Positions 48,781 to 62,300 of a stretch of 64,000 bases of DNA are shown piece by piece. This DNA comes from Geosiphon pyriformis uo1 (taxonomy: Eukaryota; Fungi; Glomeromycota), in assembly GCA_016748015.1 (NCBI GenBank), contig JAAOMT010000348.1, positions 37,171-101,170 on the forward strand, written 5' to 3'. A program made the position numbers and the translations under genes. The notes under the pieces were generated by a model. The model was not told the origin of the DNA and did not search any database. It was given only the letters and a program-made list of their open reading frames with translations. Within the stretch, counting starts at the first letter, position 1. The number at the start of each line of letters is the position of its first letter.

Positions 48781-49763
48781 TGTTACTGGAGGTTTTTGGT
48801 CTTTTTTTTTAATGGTTGTTGATACTTGTTTGCTGTAAATTCACGTTTTCTGGATGTAGTTGAACCTCTAGTAACTGAATTTATCTTCAAATTATCTCCT
48901 ATAATTTGAACTGCTGGACTTATGAGTGGAATGACCAATTCTATGCCAGTTACTTTATGTAGTTACATTGTAGTAAACGTCAACTCTTTCCCAGAAATTG
49001 CTCATCTGGAAGCTCACAAAAAAATGTAGTTACTTTGCTGTGAAAGTCAACTCTTCTACAAAAATCTTGTCTGTAAGCTACCCTAATAATTATAGTAAGA
49101 AAATAAAAGAAAATAAAAGAAAAGTAAAAGAAATAGAATTCTGTCAAGGGAAACATTTTCTATCCAGGCCTGAAGTTACTAACAATTTTACTGAAATTGG
49201 TAGCTAATCAATTTCAAAACGTTAGTTGAGTTTTTTTTTGGAATTTTCAGGTGCAATAATTAAGAAAGTTGACTTTTTGAATTATTTGATTTTTATTTCA
49301 TTTTTGTAAGAACAATTCTAATTAATAAGTCTCAAATAAGATATCTAAAGGTAAAGAATACATTTTCTTGAAAAAAAAGGCTCTTCTTTTATACAATTTG
49401 TTGTAGTACTAGTCTATGAACTTGAACTATTTTCTTTACTATGGTTTTGACAAACTAAAGATATCTTTCGGTAAACTTACAAGTTATTTTTATGAACTAT
49501 TGAATATTTCAGTGAACTATTAATTATTTCAGCGAATTTCTACAAATTTCGGCAAACTCTTGAATGTTAAATGGTTTGGGGTATTGTGTAATTTGATCAT
49601 TTTACTTTCTATAGTACAAATTAGGTTATTAATTGATTGATAATATTCGATAATTTGATTAAATAATAAGTGATAATTTGAATGATAATATATGCTAATT
49701 TAATAGTAGAAATTATAAGGGTAATATTATGTTAATTAATATCTCAAGTTTTGGTTGGTAATA
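48781..49763 (-). repeat. A3 3' LTR
   Basis: TGTTACT...GGTAATA next to the PPT complement. Confidence 0.92.
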
Positions 49764-50451
49764 TAACCTCTTTCTCAAGATTGAGCTCCATTGAATTCCA
49801 AGTACTGTTTGCACATTCTAGATAGTAATCCAAAATTACTGAAAAAATTTGGTCTGAAAATTGTTGAAATTTCAGTTCTGTGAGTTTCCCAATGTATTGG
49901 ATCTTTAGTGATTGTAAACTTGGGTTTTGTAGGACATTTTTACAGGTGTGAAATAAGTTATAAAGTCTAAGAGCTGCTCTAAGTTTGTAGCAACTGTTTG
50001 TTGGTCCAGCCGTTGTCTTAAATTCATTGTAGAGTTGTTTCTAAATGGCTTTTTTTGTAAGATTGGCTGTTGTGAGTTCTAGTTTTTGTTTATGCAGTGT
50101 TTTTCCAATGTGAAAATATCTATAGATTGGAGGGTATTTATTGTTTTCTTCATTAAAACACTGTTAAAGTTTTTGTTAAATTGTGGCATTTGGTAGAATG
50201 TCAATAGGTGAGAGCAACAAATTTTCTCTCAAGGCAAGCTTCAAAAGTTCTGGTAGGTAAATTCCAGAATAACTTCTAGTGTTTTTTTTATAAGAGTGAT
50301 AATTTCGTGATTTTGGGAATAAGGTTGTGGCTGTTTCTGTTTGAATATAATTAATATGTTTTCTTGTAATAGTAATAGATAATTCAGGTATTGTTTTTAA
50401 AGTTAACATTAGTTTTTGGGATAATTGTTGAATGTTTTGTGAAATAGTCAT
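49744..50451 (-). pseudogene. A3 accessory ORF3
   Basis: MTISQNIQQLSQKL...LRAALRLYNLF...IQYIGKLTELKFQQF. Confidence 0.78.
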
Positions 50452-50570
50452 TATAATGATTTTTAAGAAACTAAAAATTTTCCTAAGTGAAATTATTTTT
50501 GGATATGTGGATTTTTATGTTATTTTTGTAGGATTGTTTCTGAATTTTTATAGGAAAATAACTGTAGTAA

Positions 50571-51964
50571 TTAAGTGTTTAAGTTGGGAGGTTGTTCAAT
50601 AATAACTATTGGTTCCAAATTTCAGGAAATATCTTTAGGATTAATTAAAGGAGAATATGTACCAATTTGTGGGATTAATGGTTCAGGATGTGTTCTGGAG
50701 TGATAATGTTTCAATTGATCTCTATGTGCAACTTTTGTTAGTATTTTCCCATCAAGTCTTAACTTATATAATCCATTTCCTAAAATTTTGTGAACAAAGA
50801 ATAGTCCATCCAATTTATGTTCAAATTTTCTACTCTATTGTTTTTCAGCCTTAGTTTGATGTAAAAAAACTTTATTTCCAACTTTAAATTCGTTTGTAAC
50901 TGGTGGTAGTTTGTTGTCATGTCTTTTTTTTTATTGGGCTTGTGAATTTTTAATGTAGGTGGCTGCTATACGTCTTTTTTTTTCTAAAGTACTAAGAAGA
51001 ATATAAGCTCTTTGCTGAAGTGTTTCTTGTAAGTTTTCTTCTGTGATTGGTTGTACTAGATATGTTTTCACTGTGAATTCAATTGGTAATTTTGCTGTTC
51101 TTCCATAAGTAAGGTCAAATAGTATGTGTTTTGTTGTATCTTGTTTTAGTGTTCTATATGCTAGTAACACTGATAAAATAAAGATATCCCATTCTTGCTC
51201 AAAATCTGTTGAAATTTTGGCTAGTGATTCACACAATGTTCTGTTAAAATGTTCTATTAATCTATTTGTCTGTGGATGGTAAGGCGAAGATAAAGGTCTT
51301 TTGATATTAAATTATTTACAAATTTCTTGTATCAGGTTGTTCACAAAATGTGTTCCCTGATCGAATAAAAGTTCAATTGGGCATCCATGTTTACAAATAA
51401 TATTTTCATAGATAAAATTTGCTACTGATTTTGCATCTGCTCATTGAATAGCTCTGAGTTCAGGCCATTTGGTAAGATAATCTATTACTACTGCTATGTA
51501 TTAGTTTCCTTGCATGGTGATAGGTAGCAGTCCAACTAAATTGATACCAACTCGATCAAAAGATTGTCCAACTTTGATTGGATTTAAAGGTTCAGTAAAG
51601 TGTGTTTCTCCTCTTCTTTGACAACTATCACAAGATTCAACATATTGATGTATGTCTCTTTTCATTCAGGGCCAAAAATAGTATTCTAGTATTCTAGTAT
51701 TCTTTGGGTGGTGCTGTCTTTTCCAAAGTGTGCTGATGAAGGATCTGAGTGTATATTGTATAATATAGTCTCTTTTTTGTGTTTTTATATTAATCTGAGT
51801 AGTTTGTTTGTGTTTTTGAAATTTCAATGATAAATAATGTTGTTGTATAGAAAATATTGTCTGGCTTGTTGTTGTAATCAATGGTTTTCATCTGAAGACC
51901 AATCTGTTGGGATTGTTAATGTCTTCAAATATTGTTTAAGATTGTTGTAGTCTTTTGAATTCAT
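50571..51964 (-). pseudogene. A3 ORF2 integrase with its own ATG
   Basis: MNSKDYNNLKQYL..., CDSC, DQGTHF, DGLFFVHKILGNG. Confidence 0.88.
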
Positions 51965-52004
51965 TGTTTGTTGGTTGTTAGATTTGAGTGTTGATTTGTG
52001 TTTT

Positions 52005-55000
52005 CTAATTTTGTCTCATTCTGGAGAGACAGTCAACATTGGTGTGGAGTTTTTCTGGTTTGTGATGTACTACATATCAGTAGTTTGCTAAAAATCCTGT
52101 CTATTTGGTTTGTTTTGCATTCAACTTCATGTTTTTGTTTTGTAACCATTTGAGTCCAATATTATCAGTGATAATATCGAATTTCTTAGGTTTGAAATAA
52201 AGGTCAAAGTGGTGTAAGACCCATATTACTGCTGTGATCTCTAATTCTGTTGTTGGGTAGTTTTTCTCTGCTGGTTTTAATGTTCTACTTGCATAAACAA
52301 TTACTTGTTCATTGCTATTGTCATTTATTTGTGATAAAATGGCATCAAAGGCAGTATAAGAGACATCTGTGGCTAATCAGAATCGGTTGCTAAAGTCTAG
52401 GTAGGTAAGAATTGGAGCTGTAGTGAGCTTTTTTTTGAGTATTTTGAAGGTGTTTTGGTATTCCATCCATTTGTATTTGGTGTTTTTAGTGTTGAGCTGG
52501 TTAAGGGGTTTTGCTATTTCCGAAAATCCTTTGATGAATTTCTGATAATAAGAAGCTAATCCAACAAATTCTCTTAGTTCTGTGGTATTTTGTGGAACTT
52601 TGAAATTCTTAACAGCGCTGATTTTTTCTGGGTCTGGTTTGACTCCTTCTTCTCTAACTATGTGACCAAGAAAGGCCAAGCTTGTTTTTCCAAAATGACA
52701 TTTTTCGATGTTTAATTTTAATCTTGCTTTACGTAATCATTGAAAAACTTCTTACAGGTGAATTAGATGAAGTTCGAAAGATAGAAAATAAATGTCAGTG
52801 TTATTAAGATAGACAACTACTGATTTCCAAAAGAGTCTAGTGTATACAACATCCATGAGTCTTTGGAATGTTGCTGGCACATTGCATAATCTAAAGGGCA
52901 TTACATTGAATTTGTAGTTTTCTCATTGTGTTGTAAATGCTGTTTTAGGGCAATTCTTGAGATCCATGGCAACTTACCAGTATCCACTTTCTAAATCTAA
53001 TGTTGAAAAGTATTTGGATTTTCCAAGTGCATCTAACATATCATTGATTCAGAGAAGGGGGTAGGCATCTTCAATTGTGACATTGTTCAGTTGTTGATAA
53101 TTAACACAAAATCGGATTTTTCCATTTTTCTTTTTAACAAGTACTACTGATGAAGCCCATAAGCTCATTAATGGTTGGATGAGCCCATTGTTGAGTATTT
53201 TTTGAACTTCTTCTCGAATAAATTGGTGGCTTTCTGGGGCAACTCAGTATGCTTGTTGTCATCTAGGTTTAGCATTTCCTGTATAGATTTGATGTTGAAC
53301 CAAATCAGTTCTTTCTAAATCAATGATGTTTTCAGCAAATATGTCTGTATGTTCTGCAATTAACTCCTTGAGCTGATTCTGTTGTTGGGGCTTTAGTTGT
53401 CCCATGTTAATTTGGAATAACTTTCCAATAACAATGTGATAGTTTTCAGAGCTGGGTTTTGAATTGAATTTTGGGAGAGAATGTCTAATAATTTCCGAAA
53501 AATTCAAAACTGTTTGAAGTAATTCTTGTTAAAAGATTTTGCTATGAATAATTCCAATTTCCAAATTATTTAGTAAAATGATGGGGTGATGATTGAGGTT
53601 GTAAAAAGTAATTCGGACTTTTTTTATTCCTTTTGGAATATAAATGTTTAGAATTGAGATGCCATGTTTCGTGCAAATTTGTTTATTGGCTTCGAAGATT
53701 TGTTGAGTAGTGGTAAGTTTTCCACAGGTATAAATTTTGTGATGTTTTCCAAAGGGTGAAATGGTTATTGGTTGTAGAAGTCTGAAAATCTGGTGAGATT
53801 CATTCTGTGTATTGAAGGCTATATTAACTGAAACCATAAATCGTCCAGTTGAACCAAAACCTTGGGTTTTTCTCTCATTTTTCCCTAATTGTTCTCTTTG
53901 AATAACTAATTGCAAACCCGAAATGTTGATTAAGGGTAAATAAATAGCTTGAGCAATCTTTTCAGTGTGTTTAATCTTGAATGGTTTGTCAGTTTCATTT
54001 TGAAGCATTACTGTAATATCTCTAGTGTATCCAGCATCAATAATTCCTCCTCTTATGTTGATTCCTTTGCTTGCTAGGGAAAATTGGGAGGCAATTTGCA
54101 ATATCATTCTTGGTGGGATTTTAAGGGCAATTTTTAGATTAATTCTCATAAGGGATTTTGGTTGAAGAATGAGGGTATCTTTTTCTGAATATCTTAAATC
54201 ATATCTAGCATCAATTTTGTGGGCTTTCTCAGGCTTGATTCCTTGTCCTTTATTGTTGAAGTATTTGAGTGTTATAGCAGGTTGATTTTCGGCAAGATAA
54301 ATAAGAGTTACTGGGACTTTTTCATCCTGTATTCTAAATTTGATTTTGTGCTGGTCATCTTTAATTGGTAGTGAGATGCTAAGAGCATAGCATTCAGGAC
54401 ACCACTGTTTATCACAAGGCATAATGTATTCTTCACATAGCCTAATGTTTATTTGCTCTAATTATTGAATTTGAGCTTCTTGGGTTGGGTAGATGTGACT
54501 TGCAATTTGGTGGTAAACTTCTATTTTATCTTCGTAATCAAATTCAGCTAATTCTATGATGTATTTAATGTATTCTGTTTCCTTCATTTGATGGACATCT
54601 TCTTTGGTAGCTTTATTAATTAATGCCATTACTAGGTCGAAAATCATCTCAGCATCATAGAAGTAGTGATAAAATTTGTTAAGAGCACTGTTATATGCTG
54701 CATCAAAGAATGTTCCTCTTTTGACTTTTTTTGAAATTGATAAAGCATATTGGCAGGTTTGATTGCAGACTCCTCCTCTCATTGCTACATTAATTCAATT
54801 GTATTCTTCTGGTAGCATATCTCCACAAGTCAAACAAAGAGTGTTGTCTTATTTTCCACTTTTTTTTATTAGATGGCCCTATCGTTCTCTGTGGCAAGCC
54901 TTGTAGTAATAACAAGTATGATTTTCATATTCTTCTTCAGGTAAAATGCAGGCTCCCATTAATGAAAATTTTTTGTTATAATCTCTGCATTTAAGTGGAA

Positions 55001-57563
55001 TGTAGAGTAATTGTTTTCGTGGTTCTGGTGTAGAATATCTAACTTTCTTCCATCCTCTTGATTTTTCAAAGATTTCTTGTTCTGTTTTCTCAGCCCAATT
55101 GGATGTTGATCCAAGAGCCATGTAGATTTCAGTAAGTGGCATTTCTTTCTCTTCTTCAAATTCAAGTACTGGAACTTTTTCTGATTGTTTATTGAAAGTT
55201 CTACACGTAGCAGATACTATGATGTGTTGTCCTTGATATGAAATTTTTAATTCTTGAATTTCCCAATCTAAATTTGCATTGGTCTTGAGAAACCAATCAT
55301 TTTTGATGAGAGCTTGGTATTGGGGTGCATCCATGACTAGAACTTTAACTGGAATAGTGATTCCATCAATGGTGAATAGAAAATTATCAATTTTTCTTAC
55401 TGGTGTCTTCTTCATACTATCTGCTGTAATGATAACAGTTTGAGCTGGTTTGTCAACAGTTTGTTGAAGCTGTTGTATTAATTGGTAGATAATAATACTT
55501 CCAGCAGATTCATTGTCTAATATTAAGCGAATTGGTTTTCCTTCTACATCAGCTTCAGTATACATTGCTGTAATAGCTTTTTGTTTGTTAACTGCTACAT
55601 TGCTGAGTAGAGATGGTAATTCATTGGCTTCAAATTCGAATGGAAAGATGTCTGAAAGATTGGTGTTCTGGGCAATTCTGGCTGGTGAGATAGTATTGTT
55701 GGAAGAGTTTTGTCTTGGTGCTGCAGTTTTACTTTCAAAAAGTGCAGTTTGCTGAAAATTTGATTTCTCTGGTATTGTAAGATAACTGGGTTGAGTGTGA
55801 TAGGGTGTGGGTCTATGTTGATTCGAATTTTGAGTGGTTAATTGGTTGTTGAAATTAAATCTGTTGTTGTTTGTTTAAAAACGGTTTTGTGGTGTAAATT
55901 GATTATGTTGAATCAATTTTCTAGCTGGCACTTGATATTGTGGTGTAGATGGTTGTTGATACTGTTGTTGGATTGGTTGTGGAGCAGATTAATAATAGTG
56001 GTTTGAATATTGTGGCCTTGGTAAATATTGAGCTAGTAGTAATAGATAATATAATTGTTGTAATTGAAAATAATGTTGATTATTCCTCTGTTGTTGGTCT
56101 TGTTGCAATTTTCTACAATTGTATTTCCAGTGTCTTGGAATTCCACAATAATGACAATTTTGGATTTGGTTGTTGGATGGTGGTCCGAAGTTATTTTGAT
56201 TGTGTCATTGTGGGGGTTGGTATCTTTGTGGTTGTTGTGATTGCTGTGGCTGTTGTTGTTGTTGTTGGTTGGTAAAGTAGTTTTCAACTTTTTTGGTTAA
56301 TTGGTCAATCTTTTCTTCAACTGCTGAGCTGGTTTCTCCAATAACCAGATTAACAAATTTGGTATGGTTGGCTTCTTCCATGGCCATTTCATAGTTTTTT
56401 GCCTGTTGAATAACAGTGGCTAAATCTTCTGGTGCATGTGGGCAAACTTTCTTGATAAGTTTGTCTTTTAGTCCAACAATGAATTGATCCAAAATTTGTG
56501 CATTGGAGTAGTATTCATTTGTTTTCAATTGGTGAATCCTTCTAAGCAGTTTGTTGAATTTCCCAAGATAGGTTATAACTGATTCACTTGGTTCTTGCTT
56601 AATATTTTGGAACCAATTTCGAAGGGTAATGGAAGTGTTATTGTTAGTAAACTGTTCTAGGAAAGCAGTTTTAAATGCTTCCCAGTTTTCTGGTGAGGCT
56701 TCCAAGTTTTCAAACTATTCGCCAGCTGTTCCTTGTAAGAAATATGAAATTGCTTTTAACATTCTGACAGCATTCCAACCATTTGTATCTCCTGCTTTTG
56801 AGACTTTGTCAAGCCATTCTTGAGGACTGGTTTTGCTGTCTTCTCCTGTGAACTCAGGGATTTTTGTGATATATGTGGAGGCCATTTCTTTTTTGTTTTC
56901 TGAGTCTTCTGTTTCTTGTTCTGATTCAGTCTTTTCACTTTAATTTTCTGCTAAGTAGTCAATAAGGTTTGTGCTGGTTAATATTGGTTCCTGTTGTTGA
57001 ATAGGGCTTTTGGGTGACTGAAAATCTTCTATTCTTAAAAACCAAATAAGTGGTAAGCTTGGTGTTTGTGGTTGAGCAAGTAAAGTGGAAAATGGTGTGA
57101 TTGAGAGTGGTAATTTAAAGCTGGTTCTTTGTTCTGGAGTTTGTAAATGTTTGGTAGTGGTTTTAGGTGTATTGGGAGTAGTTCTGAGTTTTTGTTTCCT
57201 TTTTTCTTTTCCTTCTTCTGTTTCCGATTCAAAACTAAAAGAAAATTTCTGTTCTACTGGATAATTCACTTCACAATACTGAATGATATTGAAGTTGAGT
57301 TCTTGGAAGTATGTTTTAAGTATTTGACTGTTAAAATCCTGAGTGTTTAGACGAGAGTAATGTATTAAGCTTTCATATAAGTTGTGTCTAACTTCTGAAA
57401 TGTTGTAGTTTCTAAGAAAATAATTGTTAATGTAATTTTCAATGTACTAATAAAGTGTTTTTTTGAATGTTTCAATTCCATCTGAGATGTTAAATCTCTG
57501 CTTACAGTGGGTGTAGATTGACTGATAATACTCTAGAGTTCTTGAATCTGTTTGAGTCGCCAC
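52005..57563 (-). pseudogene. A3 ORF1: Gag-PR-Cys-rich-dUTPase-RT-RNase H
   Basis: ORFs 56205-56705 (capsid), 54879-55565 (protease), 53529-54422 (dUTPase), 52377-52679; ends LSRMRQN*. Confidence 0.9.
53844..54269 (-). pseudogene. dut: dUTPase domain of A3
   Basis: DARYDL, SLASKGI, GGIIDAGY, EKIAQAI, QGFGSTG. Confidence 0.92.
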
Positions 57564-57609
57564 TTTTAAAGTTGTTGTCACTGTATTATTTTTGTAGAAA
57601 AGTACCAAA

Positions 57610-58581
57610 TATTACCAGAGGTTTTTGTTCTTTTTTCTTAATAGTTGTTGATGCCTGTTTGCTGTAAATTCACGTTTTCTGAATGTAGTTGAATCTTCAG
57701 TAACTGATTTTATCTTCAAATTATTTTCTATAATTTGAATTGCTGGGCTTATGAGTAGAATGGCCAATTCCATGCCAGTTATTTTATGTAGTTATGTTGT
57801 AATAAACATCAACTCTTTCCCAGGAATTGCTTGTTTGGAAGCTCACAAAAAAATGTAGTTACTTTGCTGTGAAAGTCAACTCTTCTATAGGAATCTCGTC
57901 TGCAGGCTACCCTAATAATTATAGTAAGAAAATAAAAAAAAATAAAAAAAAATAAAAAAAATGTAAAAAAAATAGAATTCTATCAAGAGAAACGTTTTCT
58001 ATCCAGGCCTGGAGTCATTAACAGTTTTACTGAAATTGGTAGCTAATCAATTTCAAAACGTTAGTTGGGTTTTTTTTTGGGATTTTTAGGTGCAATAATT
58101 AAGAAAGTTGACTTTTTGAATTATTTGATTTTTATTTTGTTTTTGTGAGAACAATTCTAATTAATAAGTCTCAAGTAAGATATCTAAAGGTAAGAGATAC
58201 ATTTTTTTGAAGAGAAAGGCTCTTCTTTTATACAATTTGTTGTAGTACTAGTCTATGAACTTGAACTATTTTCTTTACTATGGTTTCAACAAACTAAAGA
58301 TATTTTTTGGTAAACTTACAAATTATTTCTATGAACTATTAATTATTTCAGCAAATTTCTACAAATTTTGGCAAACTCTTGAATGTTAAATAGTTCGGGA
58401 TATTGTGTAATTTGATCATTTACTTTCTATAGTACAAATCAGGTTATTAATTGATTGATAATATTCGATAATTTGATTAAATAATAAGTGATAATTTGAA
58501 CAATAATATATGCTAATTTAATGGTAGAAAATATAAGGGTAATATTATGTTAATTAATATCTTAAGTTTTAGTTGGTAATA
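57610..58581 (-). repeat. A3 5' LTR
   Basis: TATTACC...GGTAATA, followed by TSD GTGG. Confidence 0.92.
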
Positions 58582-59317
58582 GTGGTGTTAAACTTTATTG
58601 AGCAAGAATAAATCTGGTTCAGTGTGAGAAATGTGAGAAGTTTGGTCATTCTGCTTTGGAATGTAATGCACCAGTTGCATCTATTTCTAAGTCTTCAAAA
58701 ATATTTAAAAAGGTTGCATCTAATAAACATTGTCTTCAGTTGGCAAAGTTATATGAAAAAAAAAGTGTTCCAATATCTTGCCCTGCTGTCTTTGGTGGCA
58801 AATCTTGGGCCCAGGTGGTCTTACTTACTGGTTTTTTTGATAGTCTTTGCTTCACTTCTGGTTCTGGTTCCCCTTTCTCTGACACCTCAGATTTGAAAAA
58901 TGGTTTTCTTCTTGTTTTGGTTGACAACTCATTTTTGGATGCTTGTTTGGCCTCTTTAAAACAATCCTTGAAGCTATTAACTGACCAAGTTTCTGGCATT
59001 GTGCACAAGCTCAACAACATGGAATTGGTGCCACAAGCTCCATCTCTATTCTTTAAAGTCTTGGCTACTTTGATTGCTGCCAAAGAGAATTTGGCTTTAG
59101 ATATGATTGTGGATGGTCCTGAACTGGTACTTTTGTTCTCTTTTTCTGCTTTCCCTAGTGTTTTAACTTTGGGTCTAAGTAGTTCAAAAGTCTTGATAAC
59201 CAAGATTGGCAGTTTGGAATCTAAGTTGGTGGCTCTTGAGGCTTCTGTTGGTTCAGTTTTGGCAAAGTTAGATTATTTGTGTGCTGGTTTGGGTCCCTTG
59301 TTATCTTCTTTATCTCA

Positions 59318-62300
59318 ATAAGTGGTTTGATCTAAAAGATAGCTATATGCAATGTTTGGGGCATTAATGTTTCTGCCAAGCAAAAAGATATTGTTTATTG
59401 GCATAAGAATATGAACAACTTGATTTTAATTATTACTGAGACTAAATTAAAAAGTAAAGTCCATTCATGGATTGCTGGCAAATTTGAAGGTGTCTGTGTA
59501 TTTACTTCTGGTTTAAATTCTGGATATTTAGGTGCCAATATTGTGGTTATTATGAACTTTTCTTTAACGAAACATGTATGCAAAATTTTTGAGATGCCCA
59601 GTCAGCTCTTATTCATTAGATTGCTGTTTAAAAATAAACTTTCTGTGTTAGTCTTGGAACTGTATGCTGGTGTTTTATCTGTGGCTCAGTTTTCATAGGC
59701 TGGTAAAATCAACTCTTATTGTGAAAACTGTTAACAAATCTTCTTTTATCATCCTTGGTAGTGACTTCAATAAAGATGGTTTGTGAAAAAGTACTAGTTT
59801 TAAGAAGTGTGTCAGTTTGGGGCTGGTCAATTCTTTGGTGAACAGTTCAGTTATAAAAAGTTCTATATAGAAGAATTCAAAGAGTGTAGAAAAAACAATT
59901 GATTTTGTATTGGTTTCATTAAATTTAGTCAGTGCAATAGTAGATTACAATGTTATGGACATTAGTAATTACTTTGACACTGATTATCAAGCTGTTTCTG
60001 TGTTAGTAGATCTGGGCAGTTTGTTAAACACTCAGTTAAATTTTCTTCACAGACAGACAAATAAGAATTGCTGGAAGTTTGATTTTTAGGGTGCTAATAA
60101 TACAAAATAGGCAAGTTTAAAAATGCTACAGCAGCCAATGCTACTATGCTCTCTAATAATTTTTTCACTTCTGTTTAATTTTCAGATTTGGATGCAATAT
60201 GGAATGCAGTTCGCAAAATTATGACACTATTGGCTAATGAAATATTCAGAAAAGTTTGGTTTAAGAATTTTGATGGTATTTTTACCAAGGAATCTTTTAG
60301 GTTTTATAAGCTTGAGCTTTTGGTCTCGAAAATCACTAAGACTTCTTATGAGGAGAATGTTGATAGGTTTTTTTTTCTTATGGAATGCTGAAATTTTTTG
60401 GACAATGTTAAGGCTTCGATTGTATAGAATATTGTGGACTCTGGTACAGGTTTTGATCATATGTGCTTGGCTCTTTCTAGTGCATAAAAATCATATCATG
60501 CATCCAAGCTTGCTGAGTTTTTGTAAGCTAAAGAGTCAAATATAAAGTCAGCTATTGATAGATAGATGATAAATTTTGCAGTTGATAAAGGTCACACAAT
60601 CAAGAACATGCTAAAGCATCTTTTTTGAAAGGTGGCTTTAGACCATTTGGTACTTGAGAATAAACTGATTCTGGAACCTGATCTGGTTAAAACCAAGGTC
60701 AATGTTATTATAAAGGGCTAAACCAGGAAGCATAATGTGGTGAAAATTTTTTTTGATGATTGGTCTCATCAATATTGGCCTTTGGAGTATGTTTTTGATG
60801 ATGTTTTTTCAAATATAATGTGTTAAGTTAGTCTTGATGAGTTACTTGGAGTGGTTTTTAATCTATCTGATGGCAAAGCTGCTGGTTTTTTTGAGGTGTC
60901 AAATAAACTGTAAAAACATTGCAACAGATCAGTCTTGGATATGCTTTTGGAGCTTTTGAACTTTTGTTTGTCTTGTGAATTAGTGCCTAGTGCTTGAAAG
61001 AAAGCTTGGATATCAATAATTCCAAAACTGTATAAGTGAAAGAGAGTTCTTATAAACACCAGACCTATTATTCTGAAACTGCTTGCAAAATCCTTTCCAA
61101 GATTCTTTTGAACAGGATTTTTTTGGCATACAGCACTTTTGATGTTTTATATAGGAACAATTTTTCAGTTCTAAAGAGTATAACAATACAATCTCCCATT
61201 TTTGTTATTGGTTTGGTTATTGAGAATGCTTTAGAAAAAAACCTATAAACTTTGGGTGGTCTTGTAGAACATGTGAAAAGCTTATGACTTTGTCAGGTGG
61301 GAGTATCTTAGAAATAATTTGGTCAGAATAAAGATGTGTGCCAAATTTATTAGATTTTTTGGTGACATTCACAATAGTTGTGTTAATAAGGTAATAACAG
61401 ATTTTGGTTTAATAGGTGGATATCAGGTACACAATAGTTTGAATCAGGAAAAGATGTTCTTATTACTTCTTTGGCACATATTTTATGATCCTCTTTTGTG
61501 TAAAGTCAAGAGACAGGAAAGTGTATATAAATATAAGCTGAACTCTTATTATGTTGTCAGGACTGGTCATTTGAAATTTCAAGCTGAATTGACATCTTTT
61601 TTTACTGCTGGTGTTTTTGTTGATAACACAATTTAGATTGGTAGCAGCCAAGCTGCAACTTAACACATTCTTAATATTACTAGTGAATTTTTTTGGATCA
61701 ATAACATTTCAATTAATAATAATAAGACAGTGGCAATTTCTATTAATTGTAGAGTTACATGTCTTAATTTATATATCAGTAGTTTACCTATATTTATTGC
61801 CAAGAAAGGAGAGTCTTATTGTTACCTAGGGATTTTTTTGTCGACTAAGGGTTTATTAAAGTCTAGCCTGGCTAAAACTAATTCTGATGTCAGATTTTTT
61901 ACCAATCTGGTCTTGAAAAAGGCCATTTTTAATAAACAGTTTTCATATCTGGTGTTAGCAGTTCTCTATCCCATTGTCAGTTATAGAACACAGTTCAGTT
62001 TTGTTTCTATCAGTATGTATAATAAATGGGATTCTTTAATTTACAAGGGCTTAAAGCTAAAGTCTGGTCTTTCTCTCAATTTTCTCAATAATGTGCTTTG
62101 TCACCCTTCATTGTATAATTTAAAAACTTTCGAGTAAGTTTAGGCTGAAAACAAGATTGTTTTTGTTGTATGTTTTGTAAACTCTGTTGGAATTCTGAGA
62201 CTATTGTTTTTGCACAGATCTTATAACTTGCAGGTTTTGTTTTGGAGTCCATTTTACTCTTTGGTCTCCCCAGTTTGTATCAAAATCAGTGCTTCTAATA

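Larger units (their letters stand above)
48781..58581 (-). mobile_element. Full-length Gypsy family A element A3, TSD GTGG/GTGG
   Basis: LTRs 48781-49763 and 57610-58581; decayed PBS 57590-57607; PPT ~49767-49775; excision restores PIFGGVKL. Confidence 0.94.
47649..59321 (+). pseudogene. LINE-d ORF1, split by A3
   Basis: MSKKK..., FGEIKSIK..MWQKTVVKF (RRM-like), CX2CX4HX4C at ~58623-58664, coiled-coil-like ORF 58656-59321. Confidence 0.82.

Noticed and set aside
58736-59203. Longer opposite-strand ORFs (also 55949-56275, 42205-42471)
   Set aside because: Shadows of LINE ORF1 or gag coding strands with no independent motifs.
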